A stretch of DNA of 63,995 bases, counting the filler, from Alloascoidea hylecoeti (taxonomy: Eukaryota): assembly GCA_001600815.1 (NCBI GenBank). It is 8 parts of 7 records of this genome, joined end to end, with 100 filler letters (N's around TTAATTAATTAA, not from the genome) between each part and the next. Parts side by side here need not be neighbours in the genome. Positions count along the whole stretch, not along the records: positions 41,287 to 50,531 come from BCKZ01000053.1; positions 50,632 to 57,470 come from BCKZ01000054.1; positions 57,571 to 62,619 come from BCKZ01000056.1; 5 more parts are not named here. One strand, written 5' to 3'. Below are positions 47,301-59,603 of the stretch, piece by piece. Within the stretch, counting starts at the first letter, position 1; the number at the start of each line of letters is the position of its first letter. The translations under genes were made by a program, and so were the position numbers. The notes below the pieces were generated by a model. That model was not told the DNA's origin. It saw nothing but the letters and a program-made list of their open reading frames with translations, and did not search any database.

Positions 47301-50238
47301 CATCTGAATCCTATATACAAAGGAGGTTCAAGGAACAACATAAAGAACATGGTGTTATTGCACTCCTGATGTCATCAAGCTATAAACCATAAGAATGAAG
47401 GCGTTGAATAGTAGTATGAATGTAAGGAAACATTCAAATATTGACTAAACAATTCTTTTTGAGTGAGCCGTATGCAGGGTGATCTGCACGTACGGTTCTT
47501 TGAGGGGATTTAACCGCGAGGTAATTTTCCATCTCTAGTGGTAATTATTTATTACCTATAATGTGTGGAGCCGCAGATATGTCATTTGCTAGATTAAATA
47601 ATATAAGTTTCTGACGTGCGCTATTGTGGTTGTTTGTGGGTTCTACTATTTTTGTTCTCTTAGTGCTTAGCACCTGTGTAAACTACAGAGAGAATGTTAG
47701 ACGTAGTGTAGATGTTCCGATTCTACATAAATCAATTGGCTTACCTGATTCTGAAATGGATAGGGGACAAGAGCATGCCAATAAAGTGCAGGCCTGTTCG
47801 AAAGACTATGACCCTGTGCAAGATAATCATATATGTACAACACACCTCGACTTACAGGAGATAGCTGACACCGTATACTCAATGAACAGATACGACGAGA
47901 CTTTAAAAGGATCCGGTCAGAGTCCTTATAACGGAACAGTCAAAACAGAACTTAACGAAAGTAACGAGCCATGTACTAAGTATGAAAACGCCCACAAGCG
48001 AACAACTATAGGATTGCCTAAGGGTGGTAACACCTATGGTAACGGAGTATCCATACTATTGTCACAGAATCAGTTTCGCTGTGAACAAAAAGGGATACAG
48101 AATATTCGGACTTACAAAACAGCAGCTGCCTCAAGGACACTAAGTGACTACGAGAGTGGTACTGAATTTATAAGTCAAATGAAACGAGAAAACAGTGGTC
48201 GTTATACTCGGTTATACAAGCTAATATGTAGTAAGGAATTACTAACTTTAGCGTATAACAAAATAAAATCTAACCCAGGAAATATGACACCAGGATCCGA
48301 TGGCTCAACCTTAGATGGTATGAGTATAAGAATCCTCGAACAGTTATCGGGAGAATTAGAAAAAGAAACCTTTAAATTCACCTCAGTTAAGAGAGTATAT
48401 ATACCGAAAAAGAATGGGGAAATGCGTCCATTGGGAATACCTAATATAAAAGACAAGATAGTCCAAAAATCTATGTTACTAGTCTTAGAACTAATATATG
48501 AACCATTGTTCTCAGACGTAAGCTTTGGTTTCAGACCTAATAGAAGCACTCATTCGGCGTTAAGGGAGATATCTCACTGAAACGGCATCACATGAGCCCT
48601 TGAGGGAGACATAAAAGGATTCTTTGATAATATAAACCACAAAAGATTAATCGAACTACTTGAAAGAGAGATAAAGGACCAACAATTTATTGATCTTGTT
48701 TGAAAATTGCTTAGAGCGGGATACCTCGAAGAAGGACAATTCAAACCTTCCGAATTAGGAGTTCCCCAAGGTGGTATTATATCCCCTATGTTGGCAAATA
48801 TATATCTACACGAATTTGACAAATATATGGAAAATATAATAGTAGAAAAATCATCCAAATTACAAGACATCTCCAAAGTGAACCCGGAAATGATCAGATA
48901 TTCCAAAAAACTGTCAGAGCTTAGCACTCAATACCTTGAAAACAAGGACGAAGCTATACTGAGAGAAATCAAAGCCATTCGTAGAGAGAGATCGGGCCTC
49001 CCCTCTCGTATACGTACCGGTATTAGAATAAGATATGTAAGATATGCGGACGATTGAGTAGTAGGCATCATAGGAACAAGAGAGCTTGCCGAGACTCTGA
49101 AAAGAGATATAGGTAACTTCCTAAAAGAAGAATTGTTTCTAGATCTAAGTCCTGAAAAGACCCTTATTACTCACTTACCCACTAAGAAAGCAAAATTCCT
49201 CGGGGTACACTTCTTCACACAACGTAGAAATCAACCCAGTAAAATAGTATGAAGAAACATAAAAGGAAGGAAGGTACCAAGTAGAATAAACCAAACAAGA
49301 ATACAATTCCATATGCCTACGACGAAGATTCTCTCACTAATGAAGGAAAAAGGATTTATCAAGGAGAGAGTAGTAGACCAAAAAGTAATACTAGTCCCAA
49401 ATGCTATAACAGCATGGATTTTCTTGGACCACCGATCAATCATCACTAGATATAACGCTGTAATCAACGGTGTTAACAACTATTATAGATTCACAGACAA
49501 CTGTGACGAATTATGGTCAATAATAAACCTATTCCTAAAACATTCATGTGCCAAAACTCTAGCTCGTAAATACAACTTAAGGACTAGAGCCAAAGCATTC
49601 AAGAAATTCGGAACCAATCTGGCCTCCCCTAAACAAGATAATTCCAAAATCAAATCCATAGAACTGAACATAGCGAACTCATATAAAAGAATTAAGAAAG
49701 AAAGAAAGAAAGAAAGAATGGGCTAAATAAAGCATCCCCGGTAAATTATAATCCTTTTGAATCACTAAACTGATCATTAAGAACACAGATTAACCTGCTT
49801 GATCCTTGCTGAATTTGTGGTTCAGACAAAGACGTGGAAATGCACCACGTAAAACACCTCCGTAAAGACGGAAAGAAAGTTACAGGTTTCACACAATTAA
49901 TGTCCCAACTTAATCGTAAACAACTACCGGTATGTCACCCTTGTCATGTAAAAATACATAATGGTACATACAATGACAAAGGACTAAGAGACATCAAGAA
50001 ACCCAGTGCAAAAACACGTATCATAAAATCCGAAAGTTAGACACAATTTTTTTTTCATGATTATTTGGAGAGCCGTATGCGGTGAAAGTTGCACGTACGG
50101 TTCGGAGGAAGGCTCTTCACTGCCAGTTGACTTAGTTCAATCACGGTGTGGGTAGTCGATCCTACTATTACCTCCATCATTAGTATTATTATTAACATCC
50201 GCATTAGTAGAAAGTGGAGCTGGTACAGGGTGGACGGT
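41327..50238 (+). CDS. cox1: Mitochondrial cytochrome c oxidase subunit 1, 5' part; exons 41327-41535, 43925-43928, 44635-44655, 47540-47615, 50166-50238
   Basis: Spliced: [62 protein letters not shown]=Trp, CTA=Leu. Confidence 0.95.
41590..41829 (+). pseudogene. Truncated GIY-YIG ORF upstream of the intron 1 core
   Basis: [25 protein letters not shown] / [17 protein letters not shown], frameshifted. Confidence 0.7.
42530..43855 (+). CDS. Second GIY-YIG-like endonuclease ORF downstream of the intron 1 core
   Basis: One open frame with TGA=Trp; DPFNNR..VVYIWTY..CLVGSS..R..Y and EAFYINEL; start codon unclear. Confidence 0.75.
43929..44634 (+). mobile_element. cox1 intron 2, ORF-less group IIB (site ~216)
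   Basis: Starts GTGCGAC; domain V GAGCCGTGTGCAGGGGAACTTGCACGCACGGTTC; bulged A at -8; ends AT. Confidence 0.92.
44656..47411 (+). pseudogene. Intron 3 RT-X-HNH ORF, in frame with exon 3, with one frameshift at ~46465
   Basis: [43 protein letters not shown]; a 1-nt loss just after YADD. Confidence 0.85.
44656..47539 (+). mobile_element. cox1 intron 3, group IIB with RT/maturase/HNH ORF and non-canonical ends (site ~237; boundary ambiguous by 1 nt)
   Basis: Starts TTACGAC; domain V GAGCCGTATGCAGGGTGATCTGCACGTACGGTTC; ends CTCTAGT. Confidence 0.88.
47616..50040 (+). CDS. Intron 4 RT/maturase (open to 49726); HNH domain (49717-50040) out of frame
   Basis: [46 protein letters not shown]; then [19 protein letters not shown] in another frame. 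Confidence 0.88.
47616..50165 (+). mobile_element. cox1 intron 4, group IIA (site ~313)
   Basis: Starts GTGCG; EBS1 GTCAGA (47916-47921) complements exon end TCTGAC; domain V GAGCCGTATGCGGTGAAAGTTGCACGTACGGTTC; bulged A at -7; ends AC. Confidence 0.94.
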
Positions 50239-50531
50239 GATATGCTGTCCTAAAACATTACTTGATGCGGGAACAACTCTCTTACTTGTATTATATAATC
50301 TTCTATATAATCGTATATATAATATTTTATTTAATATTTTATATAAGTTAGAAATAATTAACTACTCATGTGTATTAGACTCGTCGGAGCCCGGGACAGG
50401 ATCCCTTAAACTTAAATTGGGGGAACCCTTGGGCGACTATATTAAATGTCACGTGTACTTCAAGTATTGTGAAAATAATAATTTGTCTAGATGATTTTTT
50501 CTACTTAAAAGAATTAATCTATCGGGATTTT
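50239..50531 (+). mobile_element. cox1 intron 5, group I, 5' part only (site ~386)
   Basis: The exon stops at GWTV (GT|) ending in U, a known group I insertion site; the core is not fully visible. Confidence 0.7.
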
Positions 50532-50862
50532 NNNNNNNNNNNNNNNNNNNNNNNNNNNNNNNNNNNNNNNNNNNNTTAATTAATTAANNNNNNNNNNNNN
50601 NNNNNNNNNNNNNNNNNNNNNNNNNNNNNNNATGAATGGATGAGATGCAACTGAATAATCCGATTCGTTTGCAAATATTGGTTTAAGAACTCCTCTTCTT
50701 ATTTAATATTTTTTAAAGAAAAGAAGAATTAGTCTATTTTGGAAGTTAAATTTATTGAAGTTCTAAAATAAGTCAATTTATTCTCGCACACATAACTAGC
50801 TAATTACCGATTGCTAAATAATTTATTAAAAATTATAGCGTCATTAAATTTACAAATATCAT

Positions 50863-50955
50863 AGTTGGATATATATCACACTCTTAGAACAGCTCACTAA
50901 AGAGCCGATTGGCTTTTTGGCGCAATTGGGAGAGCAGGCACTTTGAACTTTAACA
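50863..50955 (+). mobile_element. Solo LTR family C
   Basis: 93-bp match; no clear TSD. Confidence 0.85.
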
Positions 50956-50990
50956 GTAATGGTATCCTGTAACCAATTAACCACACATAG

Positions 50991-51216
50991 TATTGGATAT
51001 ATAGTTATATAATTAAATGAAAATAGTTTTTGTTATTACATAGTTTCATATATATGGGGTGATATTTATGAAGATCTTCATTTCCCTTATATATTAGCGA
51101 GTTGCCACATTATTTAGTTTTAGAAAAAGACACGTTTTTTATAATATAAATTTATTACCAACTCTGCCTCCGAAACAATTCAAGAATATCGCCACTGATG
51201 AGCCCATAAGCCAACA
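50991..51216 (+). mobile_element. Solo LTR family B
   Basis: TSD CATAG. Confidence 0.9.
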
Positions 51217-52113
51217 CATAGGACTAAATAATTATCTGGAGGATCACTAATTAATTATCTGAAATAATTTTAATTGATTACATAAGAGAAGAGTAATTAA
51301 TTCGCAGTGGTAAGGCCAATTATTTTCAAAACGAGGTCTATTACAGGTGGAAGAACTTTAGATTATATATTTAGATAAAAAATTGTTTTGATGGAATGGG
51401 GAAATTGAATGATTATTGTAGGTAAANAAATCCAGATAATCAAATGTTAAGGAAATAAAGAATAAAAAGGAATAATGTGTTGGAGACATTGTGTACGATA
51501 TAGTGACTCTATTGTTTTGAGATACATAGTAAAAGAGGTTTAGTTGGATCGTGTGTGTGTGTATAAAAATTATGCTAGTACGGTATTCAGGATTTTAAGA
51601 AGTTTGGGATCAGAGATGAAAGATGAGAGGATGGAAAAATGGGAGAATATGAAATTTGGAAGAAAAAAATAGAAGGAGAAAAGAGGAAAAGGAAGATGTT
51701 TTTGAGTTTAAAAGTTTGTTATGTATGATTAAAGATATGAGAAAAGATTGTTAGTAATATGAAATGAAGGATTAGAATTATTATTTATTTTTTAATAAAG
51801 AAGAGTAAAGGAAAGGAAGTGTNAAGATAAGATAAGGTATTAAAGTAGGTGTTTAATGAAAAGTAAGGAGAATTTAGTGAGAGAAAGATATTATGTATTG
51901 AAAAATTAGAGGTGTAAAAAGGGTTAGGATTATTTAGTGAATTTTAATGGATTATGTGATAGGATATTAATAAAATGAGATAAGGAGAGTATAAGAAGAA
52001 GATTGAGAATGCATATTTGTATTGTTATAAGTTTTGGACAGGAGAGTAACGTTTGAGTTGGAGATTTATAGTGATTAATGTGGGAATAGGATAGAAAAGA
52101 GTAAAGAGATAAT

Positions 52114-52336
52114 TATTGGATATTTAGTAATATAGTTATACAGTTATATTAAAATTGTTTTTGTTATTACATAGTTACATATATATGGGGTGATATTTAT
52201 AATGAACTGATCTCACTTATATATTAGCTAGTTTCCACATTGATTTGAGAAAATACACGTTCTGTCTATATTAAAACTGTACTATGCCTCAGAATAAATC
52301 CAAGGACATCAACCTACAAGAGCCCACAAACCAACA
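52114..52336 (+). mobile_element. Solo LTR family B (diverged subfamily)
   Basis: TSD ATAAT. Confidence 0.85.
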
Positions 52337-52825
52337 ATAATGATAGGTGATTTTACGATGGTGAAATTGAAATAGAAAGTTAAAGTTATAGTGGAAGGGG
52401 ATATATATATGAAAGTATGAATGTAATAAGGGAATAAAAATTTGGGTGAAGTATTGTGGTGGTGAGATGGAGATGAGAGGTGTAGGTATTCAAATAAAGA
52501 ATTGTTAGGTTTTAGAGTTTGAAGGTATTGAAGAGATTATTTATGGAGTTTAATGGAGTAGATTAGTGGTAAGGAGGAGGGATTGATGGAGAGGAAATAA
52601 GGATTGGGTTTAGAATATGAAGAATAAAAAGAGAGAAATTGGAGATGAATATTTTAATAAAAGATTTGAATTAGAGATGATATGTTTTGAAAGTTTTTGT
52701 ATAAAAATTAGGAGTTNGGAAAGAGGTGAAATTAATATCAGTTGAAGTGATTGATTTGAGATGAAGGATTAGTTATAAATAGTACGATTATTGGAAGAAT
52801 ATATTAATGAATTAAGAATTTAGTA

Positions 52826-52916
52826 TGTTGGATATATTACAGTCTTAGAACAGTTCACTAAAGAGTCGATTGGCTTTTTGGCGCAACTGGGAGAACAGGC
52901 ACTTTGAACTTTAACA
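52826..52916 (+). mobile_element. Solo LTR family C
   Basis: TSD TAGTA. Confidence 0.9.
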
Positions 52917-53347
52917 TAGTAAAGTAGAATCAAAGGTATGAAAGATAAGAGAATGTTAGTGTTCTGAGATGTGAATCGGAAATTATTATTTAGCTAAGTG
53001 TATGTTTGGAATGAAAGATAAAAGAGAAGAGTTTATTTGAAGGATGAAGGTAGTGATATATATTGGATTAGGATGGAAGAAATAGATGGAATAAGGGGGA
53101 TTTGAAGGTTATGAAAAGAAAGGAGATAGAGAGAGTATTTTTGATTGTTAAAAAGTAGTTATGATGAGAGAAATTGGAGAATTATAAGAGTTGAGTATTG
53201 GGATTAAAAGTTGGGTATAGAAGAGAGAATGAAGAATGCAGAAATTGAGATGAAATATCAGATATAGTGAGAGTTGATCGCTAGGAAGTTTTAGTAATTT
53301 TAATTTTAAAAATGGAGAATATAAGATCAGAACTGGGAAGATATTTT

Positions 53348-53532
53348 TATTGGATATATAGTTACATATATATGGGGTGATATTTATGATGAACTGATTT
53401 CACTTATATATTAGCTAGTTCTCACATTAGTTTTAGAAAATACACGTTCTGTCTATAATAAATCTTGACTATGCGTCAGAATAAATCCAAGGATATCAAG
53501 GACATCAACTTACAAGAGCCCACATAACAACA
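53348..53532 (+). mobile_element. Solo LTR family B (diverged subfamily, shortened)
   Basis: TSD ATTTT. Confidence 0.85.
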
Positions 53533-54077
53533 ATTTTTGATTAGTTAAATATGGGGTATAGGAGAGAATATTTAAATTTGAGTGATTGAAAGAGAGATTA
53601 AGTATAATGAGTGTTGAATATTAAGATCTGTTAAGTGTGAATAATATGAATTTAAAAAATAAAGGAAGAGCGGTGAGGGGATAAGGAGAAGGGGATATAA
53701 AAATATAGAAATGAGAAAAAGAAGAGTCAAAGTTAAAGTAGTTGGGGGAAGAATTTTTAAAAAAAAAATGTAGATGTTATGAAAGAAGAGAATTGAGGAA
53801 TGTGAAGAAAGATCTAGGAAATATAAGTTTAAGTGAAATAATAGAGAATTTAAGAGAAGTAGTTAAAGAGAGGATAGGAAGGATTAAAAAGTAAATATTG
53901 AAAGAATGTGTGTAAGAGGATGAGAAAGTTAAAAAAGTAGAAAGAAGAATAGTTGAATTGATATGAGAGTGTTATAGTTGTGGAAGGAAGAATCAATGGA
54001 GAAAATAATAGTGGGAAAGGAAAAGAAAGAAGAATGGAGGTATTAGAACGTAAGTTAATAAAAGGATTATAGAAAAT

Positions 54078-54170
54078 AGTTGGATATATATTACACTCTT
54101 AGAACAGTTCACTAAAGAGTCGATTGGCTTTTTGGCGCAACAGGGAGAACAGGCACTTTGAACTTTAACA
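54078..54170 (+). mobile_element. Solo LTR family C
   Basis: 93-bp match; no clear TSD. Confidence 0.85.
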
Positions 54171-57100
54171 TTGAGGATTAATCAAAATGAAAATATTTGG
54201 TGTAAAATAAAATCAAGTGAGAGATAAAGGTAATTAAGAGATAAAAATAAGAAAATTTTAAAAAAGGATTATGAAATTGGTAGCTTAGAATAATTTGGGA
54301 AATGAGGGTTGAAGGTTAAGGATGGTATCTCAAAGAAGTGGATTGAGAATTAAAATTGAGATTTATTTAAAGAAATGAAAGGAAAAAAGTTTGAATTAGA
54401 AGTTAGGAAATTAAATGGAAAGGAAGAAAAATGAAGGAATATGAGTGCATATTGGTAAGAATAAAGAGATAAGGATTTTGATAAGAATTTTGATTTTAGA
54501 AAAAAGGAGGGAAAGAAATTAGGAATTTAATAGGATAGAAGGAGGTAGAGGGTATTGATAGATTTAAGATATTGGATGGAAGTAAAGGAAAGAGAAAAGA
54601 GAAGGACGAAGAGAGGAGAAATAGAAGATTAAAAATTTTAGTGATTGAGATTAATATATATAATAATCAAGAAGTTAAAAAGTTTAAGATTGTATGTTAG
54701 AGAACTAGTTAAAAATGATATATGTATAAAATAGATGAGTATTAAAGAAAAAGGATTTAAGGAATCAATAAATATATTGATCGTAAATAAAGATTAAAGT
54801 TAAAATTGGTTTGTTAAGTGAAGTTGAAAGTTTAAAATAAGAAAGAAAATTTAGAAGAGAGAATTTATAAAATTTTGTGGGATAAGATATAAGTGTAAAA
54901 TCAGTTGTAAGAGGTATAGTAGAGTTAGAAATTTTAGGAATAGAGTTAGGATATATTTAGAGGATTATTGGATTAATAAGGTAAAAATGAAGTGAGTTTT
55001 AAGGATGAATGAAATGATAATGAAAATGAAAAAATTGTAATTGGAGAGTGAAAAGGAGAAGTAAAGGTATGAGATGTAGTAGAGAAAAGTTGGAAGAAGA
55101 AAAAGGAAAAGAATAAGAAAGTTAAGGGGAGATGGAATTAAATGAATTTAAATTAATTAAAATTGAGAAAGGGGTAAAAAATAAGAGGGTAAAAGATTGA
55201 GAATTTTGTTCATGATTAAATTATTGAAATTAAAAGGAAATATATAAGAAATAGAGAATGAAGAAGGAATAAATTTGTTAGTGAAGGATTTTTAAAGATA
55301 ATTTTGAATGCAGTGGAAGAAAATAATTGTTTATTTGAGAAAAAAGGAGAGGAGATGAAGAAGAGAATTGGAGAGTTTGAAAGAGAAAATAAGTAATTTA
55401 AAGTAAGAATAGTTAAATAGAAGAAATATAATTGAAAATTGAGATTTTTAGATTTATATAAGTTTAGGATTCTAAGTGGAATGGGAGAAGAAAAAAGAAT
55501 TATAGAAAAATTGATAATTTGAAGAAAAAAGATAAGAGAGAAGGTAATGGAGTGAAAAATATTACGGTATTTAGAAATGTCAATATATGAGGATAATATT
55601 ATTTAATTGAGAAAGAAAAGAAAAAAGATTGAAATTGGGAAGGGGGTAAAAGGAAAGAGTTTATAAGAGTAGGTTATCGGGAAAAGAAGAGTAAATTTAG
55701 AGATAGAAAAAGGAGAAGTATGAGGAATCAAGTAAATAGGAGGTAGATGAGAAAAAAAGTGAATTTGATAGAAGAAGAAGGATAAGTAGAATAAGAAAAA
55801 GTTTAGTAGAATAAAGTGGAAGCGAGGAAGGAGTGGATTTTTAATAGTGAGTATATGGGAAAAGTGAAATGAGAGAAATAAAAAAAGAGTAGGAAGATGA
55901 AGAATATGAAAAGGAAAATGAGTTGAATGTTGAGAGATAAAGAAGAAATGGAGTGGGAGAGATATATTTTGAGAAAGAAAAATGAGAATAAGAAAGTAAT
56001 ATTAAAAAGGGGAAAAATAAGATGGAAAATGTGAAGGTGGGAGAAGAAAGAAAAAGAAAGAGATAGGTATATTTGAAGAAAGAAAAAGTAGATTGAAAGT
56101 GTATGGTAGTAGAAAGAATAAAGAAAAGTAGTAGTTGAAGGAAGAAGAAAAAGAGAGAGGTATAGTAAGAGAAAAAAAAGGGAATAGTTGTAGAATGGAA
56201 AAGTTGAAATTGTGTGTTATAGAGGGTTGTTAAGGGTTAAAGAAAAGTGGTATGAAAAGGAAGAAAGAAAAAGAGAGAAGTATAGAAGAAGAAAGAGAAG
56301 GGATTGGTTAGAGAATGGAAAAGGAGAAAGAAAGTGTTAATTGTAGGAGATGGAGGAAGGAAAAGAGAAAGAGTATTCCATGGAATGGAATAGGAAAAAA
56401 GAATTTTAGAAAAGTTTAGATGTAAAGAAAAGATATATGAAAGAAGGTGATGGAGAGTAAAATATTTTAGGAATTTTATTTGGGGAGAGCGGAAGAAGAT
56501 TATTTTTATAAGTTTAATTTATTGGAAGGAAAGATATGAAAAGTAAAGGAAAGTAATTTAAAAGAAAGAAAAAAGAGAAGTATGAAAGTAATAGCGCGTA
56601 AGAGGTTAGAAAAAGAAGTAAATTATATAGGGAAGTGTAGGTGGAATGAGAGAATTTGAAGTATGAGTAGTAAAGAAAGGGAATAGGAGGAGTATTTGTA
56701 AGTGTAGAAGGAGAGTATTTTAAAAGTGAGTATGTGGTGAAGAAGAATTTAAATTCGGGAGAGAGGTAAAGGGAAAGAAAAAAAAGAGAAAGTAAATAGA
56801 GTAAGTTAAGAGGAAGAAAGAAGAGAGAAAAGATTGTAATGTGGGGATAAAAAGGATATGAAAAATAAAATGAGTTGGGAATGGGGTGTTATAAGATTTT
56901 AAGAATGAGGAAGGTATAAGAAGAGGATTAGTGAAAGTGAAGATGGAGTGGAATTAAAAAGTTTTTATATGGTGAAGGGGAATTTTAAAGTGGGAGGGAA
57001 GTAAAGGGAGATTAGAAAAGAAGAAGGATAGGAAAAAGAGATTGAAAAGGTGAGTAAGTGAAGGAAGTAGTGGATTTAAAAAGTTTGTATGTGTTGTAAA

Positions 57101-57203
57101 AGAATTTTAATGAATTAGAGAAGTGATAGGAAAAAGAAAAGAAAAAGTAATGATAGTAAGTGAAGAAGTGATAGATGATTAAAATGTTTGGAGAAAAAGA
57201 TTA

Positions 57204-57602
57204 ACATGCGAAACTGAACCTCATGCCGTATTTACATACTATGTATTCCGCTGCCGTGAAGCATATTCATAGTTAATATATGCATCAATTCTCTTAATCA
57301 CAACGGACTATGCAGTCCTATCCATAACTTGAAATTGAAATTATTCCACCTCACCATTAAAAATATTTATATATAAAATATCGAGAATAAATCTGGCATC
57401 CTAAGAATTATAATCATATATTTTAAAATTAGTTTATTATTTAGAATTGTGGATAGATGAGTATTTTTAGNNNNNNNNNNNNNNNNNNNNNNNNNNNNNN
57501 NNNNNNNNNNNNNNTTAATTAATTAANNNNNNNNNNNNNNNNNNNNNNNNNNNNNNNNNNNNNNNNNNNNGTAAATACGGCATGAGGTTCAGTTTCGCAT
57601 GT
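57204..57602. mobile_element. Probable DNA-transposon terminal inverted repeat at two contig ends (57204-57235 and 57571-57602)
   Basis: TA|ACATGCGAAACTGAACCTCATGCCGTATTTAC and its exact reverse complement, each flanked by TA as for Tc1/pogo elements. Confidence 0.6.
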
Positions 57603-58229
57603 TAGATTTTAAGTATTTTGGTCTAGGAACTGCGGTATGCGATTAGCTATACCACATTTATTTTAAATAGTTACTTTTAAATAGCTGTTATACTTTCACT
57701 ACTTATTAGCTATTCTATAGAGGATTAAATTCCTAAATTTTTATTCGCAAGATATATTTTATAGATCAATAATTCAGTTTTAATACTTATTTTTTCTATA
57801 AATTTTACAATGAATTCTATTCTTTTTAAGGTATTATTTCAAAACAAAAGCTATACACTTTCTTGCCTGTGTTTAGGATAAACATTAGTTTCTACACGTC
57901 AGAACTAAATCATACTCCAAAATATTTCATGCTTATTGATTCATCTATAAGCAAATGAAGGTCTATTCACATCTTGTTGTTTTTCATATGCGCATTCAAG
58001 ATCTACTTCATCCAAATTATCCTTATTCGTTAAGCCCTTGACATTCATAAGCCAATTGAATGATTCGTTCATCTCATCAATCTTCTTAGTCATGAAGGCA
58101 TTTGAATCTTCAATTTTCTTGACTCTTTCTGAGAGATCGACGACTTGTGGACCAAGACTATTGGCTGTATACCTACTTGTTGATGTTTTATCTTCCATTC
58201 TAATTATCTTATTTACAGTTAATTAATAT

Positions 58230-58423
58230 TATTGGATATATAGTTATATAATTAAATTAAAATAGTTTTTGTTATTACATAGTTTCATTTCCCTTATATA
58301 TTAGCGAGTTGCCACATTATTTAGTTTTAAAAAAACACACGTTCTTTATAATATGAATTTATTACCAACTATGCCTCCGAAACAATTCAAGGACATCGCC
58401 ACTGATGAGCCCATAAGCCAACA
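58230..58423 (+). mobile_element. Solo LTR family B (internal deletion)
   Basis: TSD AATAT. Confidence 0.88.
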
Positions 58424-59603
58424 AATATAAATATATTGATAATATTGATGTTAAAATTTAGTATGTTAAGTAGTGGTGTCTAAATATCTATCGAACTATT
58501 TACATTATACACTATCCATTTTTTGTATAAAATTATTTTTTGTTGATTGTATTATTGTATTGAGGAACTGCTCTAGTTGAAATACATTCTGCTGCTTCAA
58601 ACCTGCGATTAAACATACGTTGCCAATTGCCAATTGCAAGTAATCACCATTACACTTTTAATCGTAGGCCTTAATGATGAATGTGTAAGTGAAGATGAAG
58701 AAAAGAATTATTGTGGTCAATTTTTGGTGATGTAACCTATAACACCCATCCATCTTGCTAAATTTTGAAACAAATAGAACTCTTTTTTATTGACTTGCCA
58801 CAACAATGGCCGACAACGTCAAACAAACAGACCAAACTCAATTCCCACATTTTTTTCCAACCCATGTCACTTAAAAAATTTTGTTATATCCCACTCCCAA
58901 AATTTCCTTCAACCACAACATATAGTTTATATATCATTCTAATATATCATATAAATTATTATCAAACAATTAATAATAAAGACTCACTGATTAGCATACA
59001 TTGGGTATTTTCAATATATTACGTAATTTCTGATACACATATCTAAGAAAGAGAGCTCTATAGTTAACATATATGGTTTCTACAAATGGCTATATAACCA
59101 CTATTTCAATGATTTATTTGATATTGAAAAATAGATTTATATAGTTCATGATTTCTACTTTTATATCCAGCTTTTAAAAATAAAACTTTCCAACAATAAT
59201 AGTGGATGAAACTCAAATTTAAAGTGTGATAAATGGTTTCGTTGGGCATGATAAAAATTAATATGTATAATCTGCAGGATAATCGTTTTGAGTAAGTACT
59301 CTGATATATCATATTGATACACCCTTACCTCTGCATATGGTTATTTCACCACCATTATGATAAATAAATATACTTTAAGATACATGATCATATAGCACAG
59401 GATCGGTAGTTTCATATACATATTTTAAAAATAAATACTTCCAAACATTGGAGTATTTAAAGCCTCATTTACAATAATTTACCAGGTCGTTCACACAACC
59501 TGACTGAGACATTTTATGAAGGTCTTAACTATGGAGAGGACCTTACACAACCTGACTCTCTATAGTGCATTTCAAGCAACTTACTCGGTTTCAAACGTTA
59601 TGG

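Larger units (their letters stand above)
51420..57201 (+). other. Purine-rich, C-depleted non-coding domain
   Basis: No C between 55824 and 56377; no ORF in the track; C-containing islands are LTR insertions. Confidence 0.95.

Noticed and set aside
57941..58198. 85-aa ATG-started ORF
   Set aside because: Protein-like but unrecognised, in a decayed repeat region; cannot be assigned without a search.
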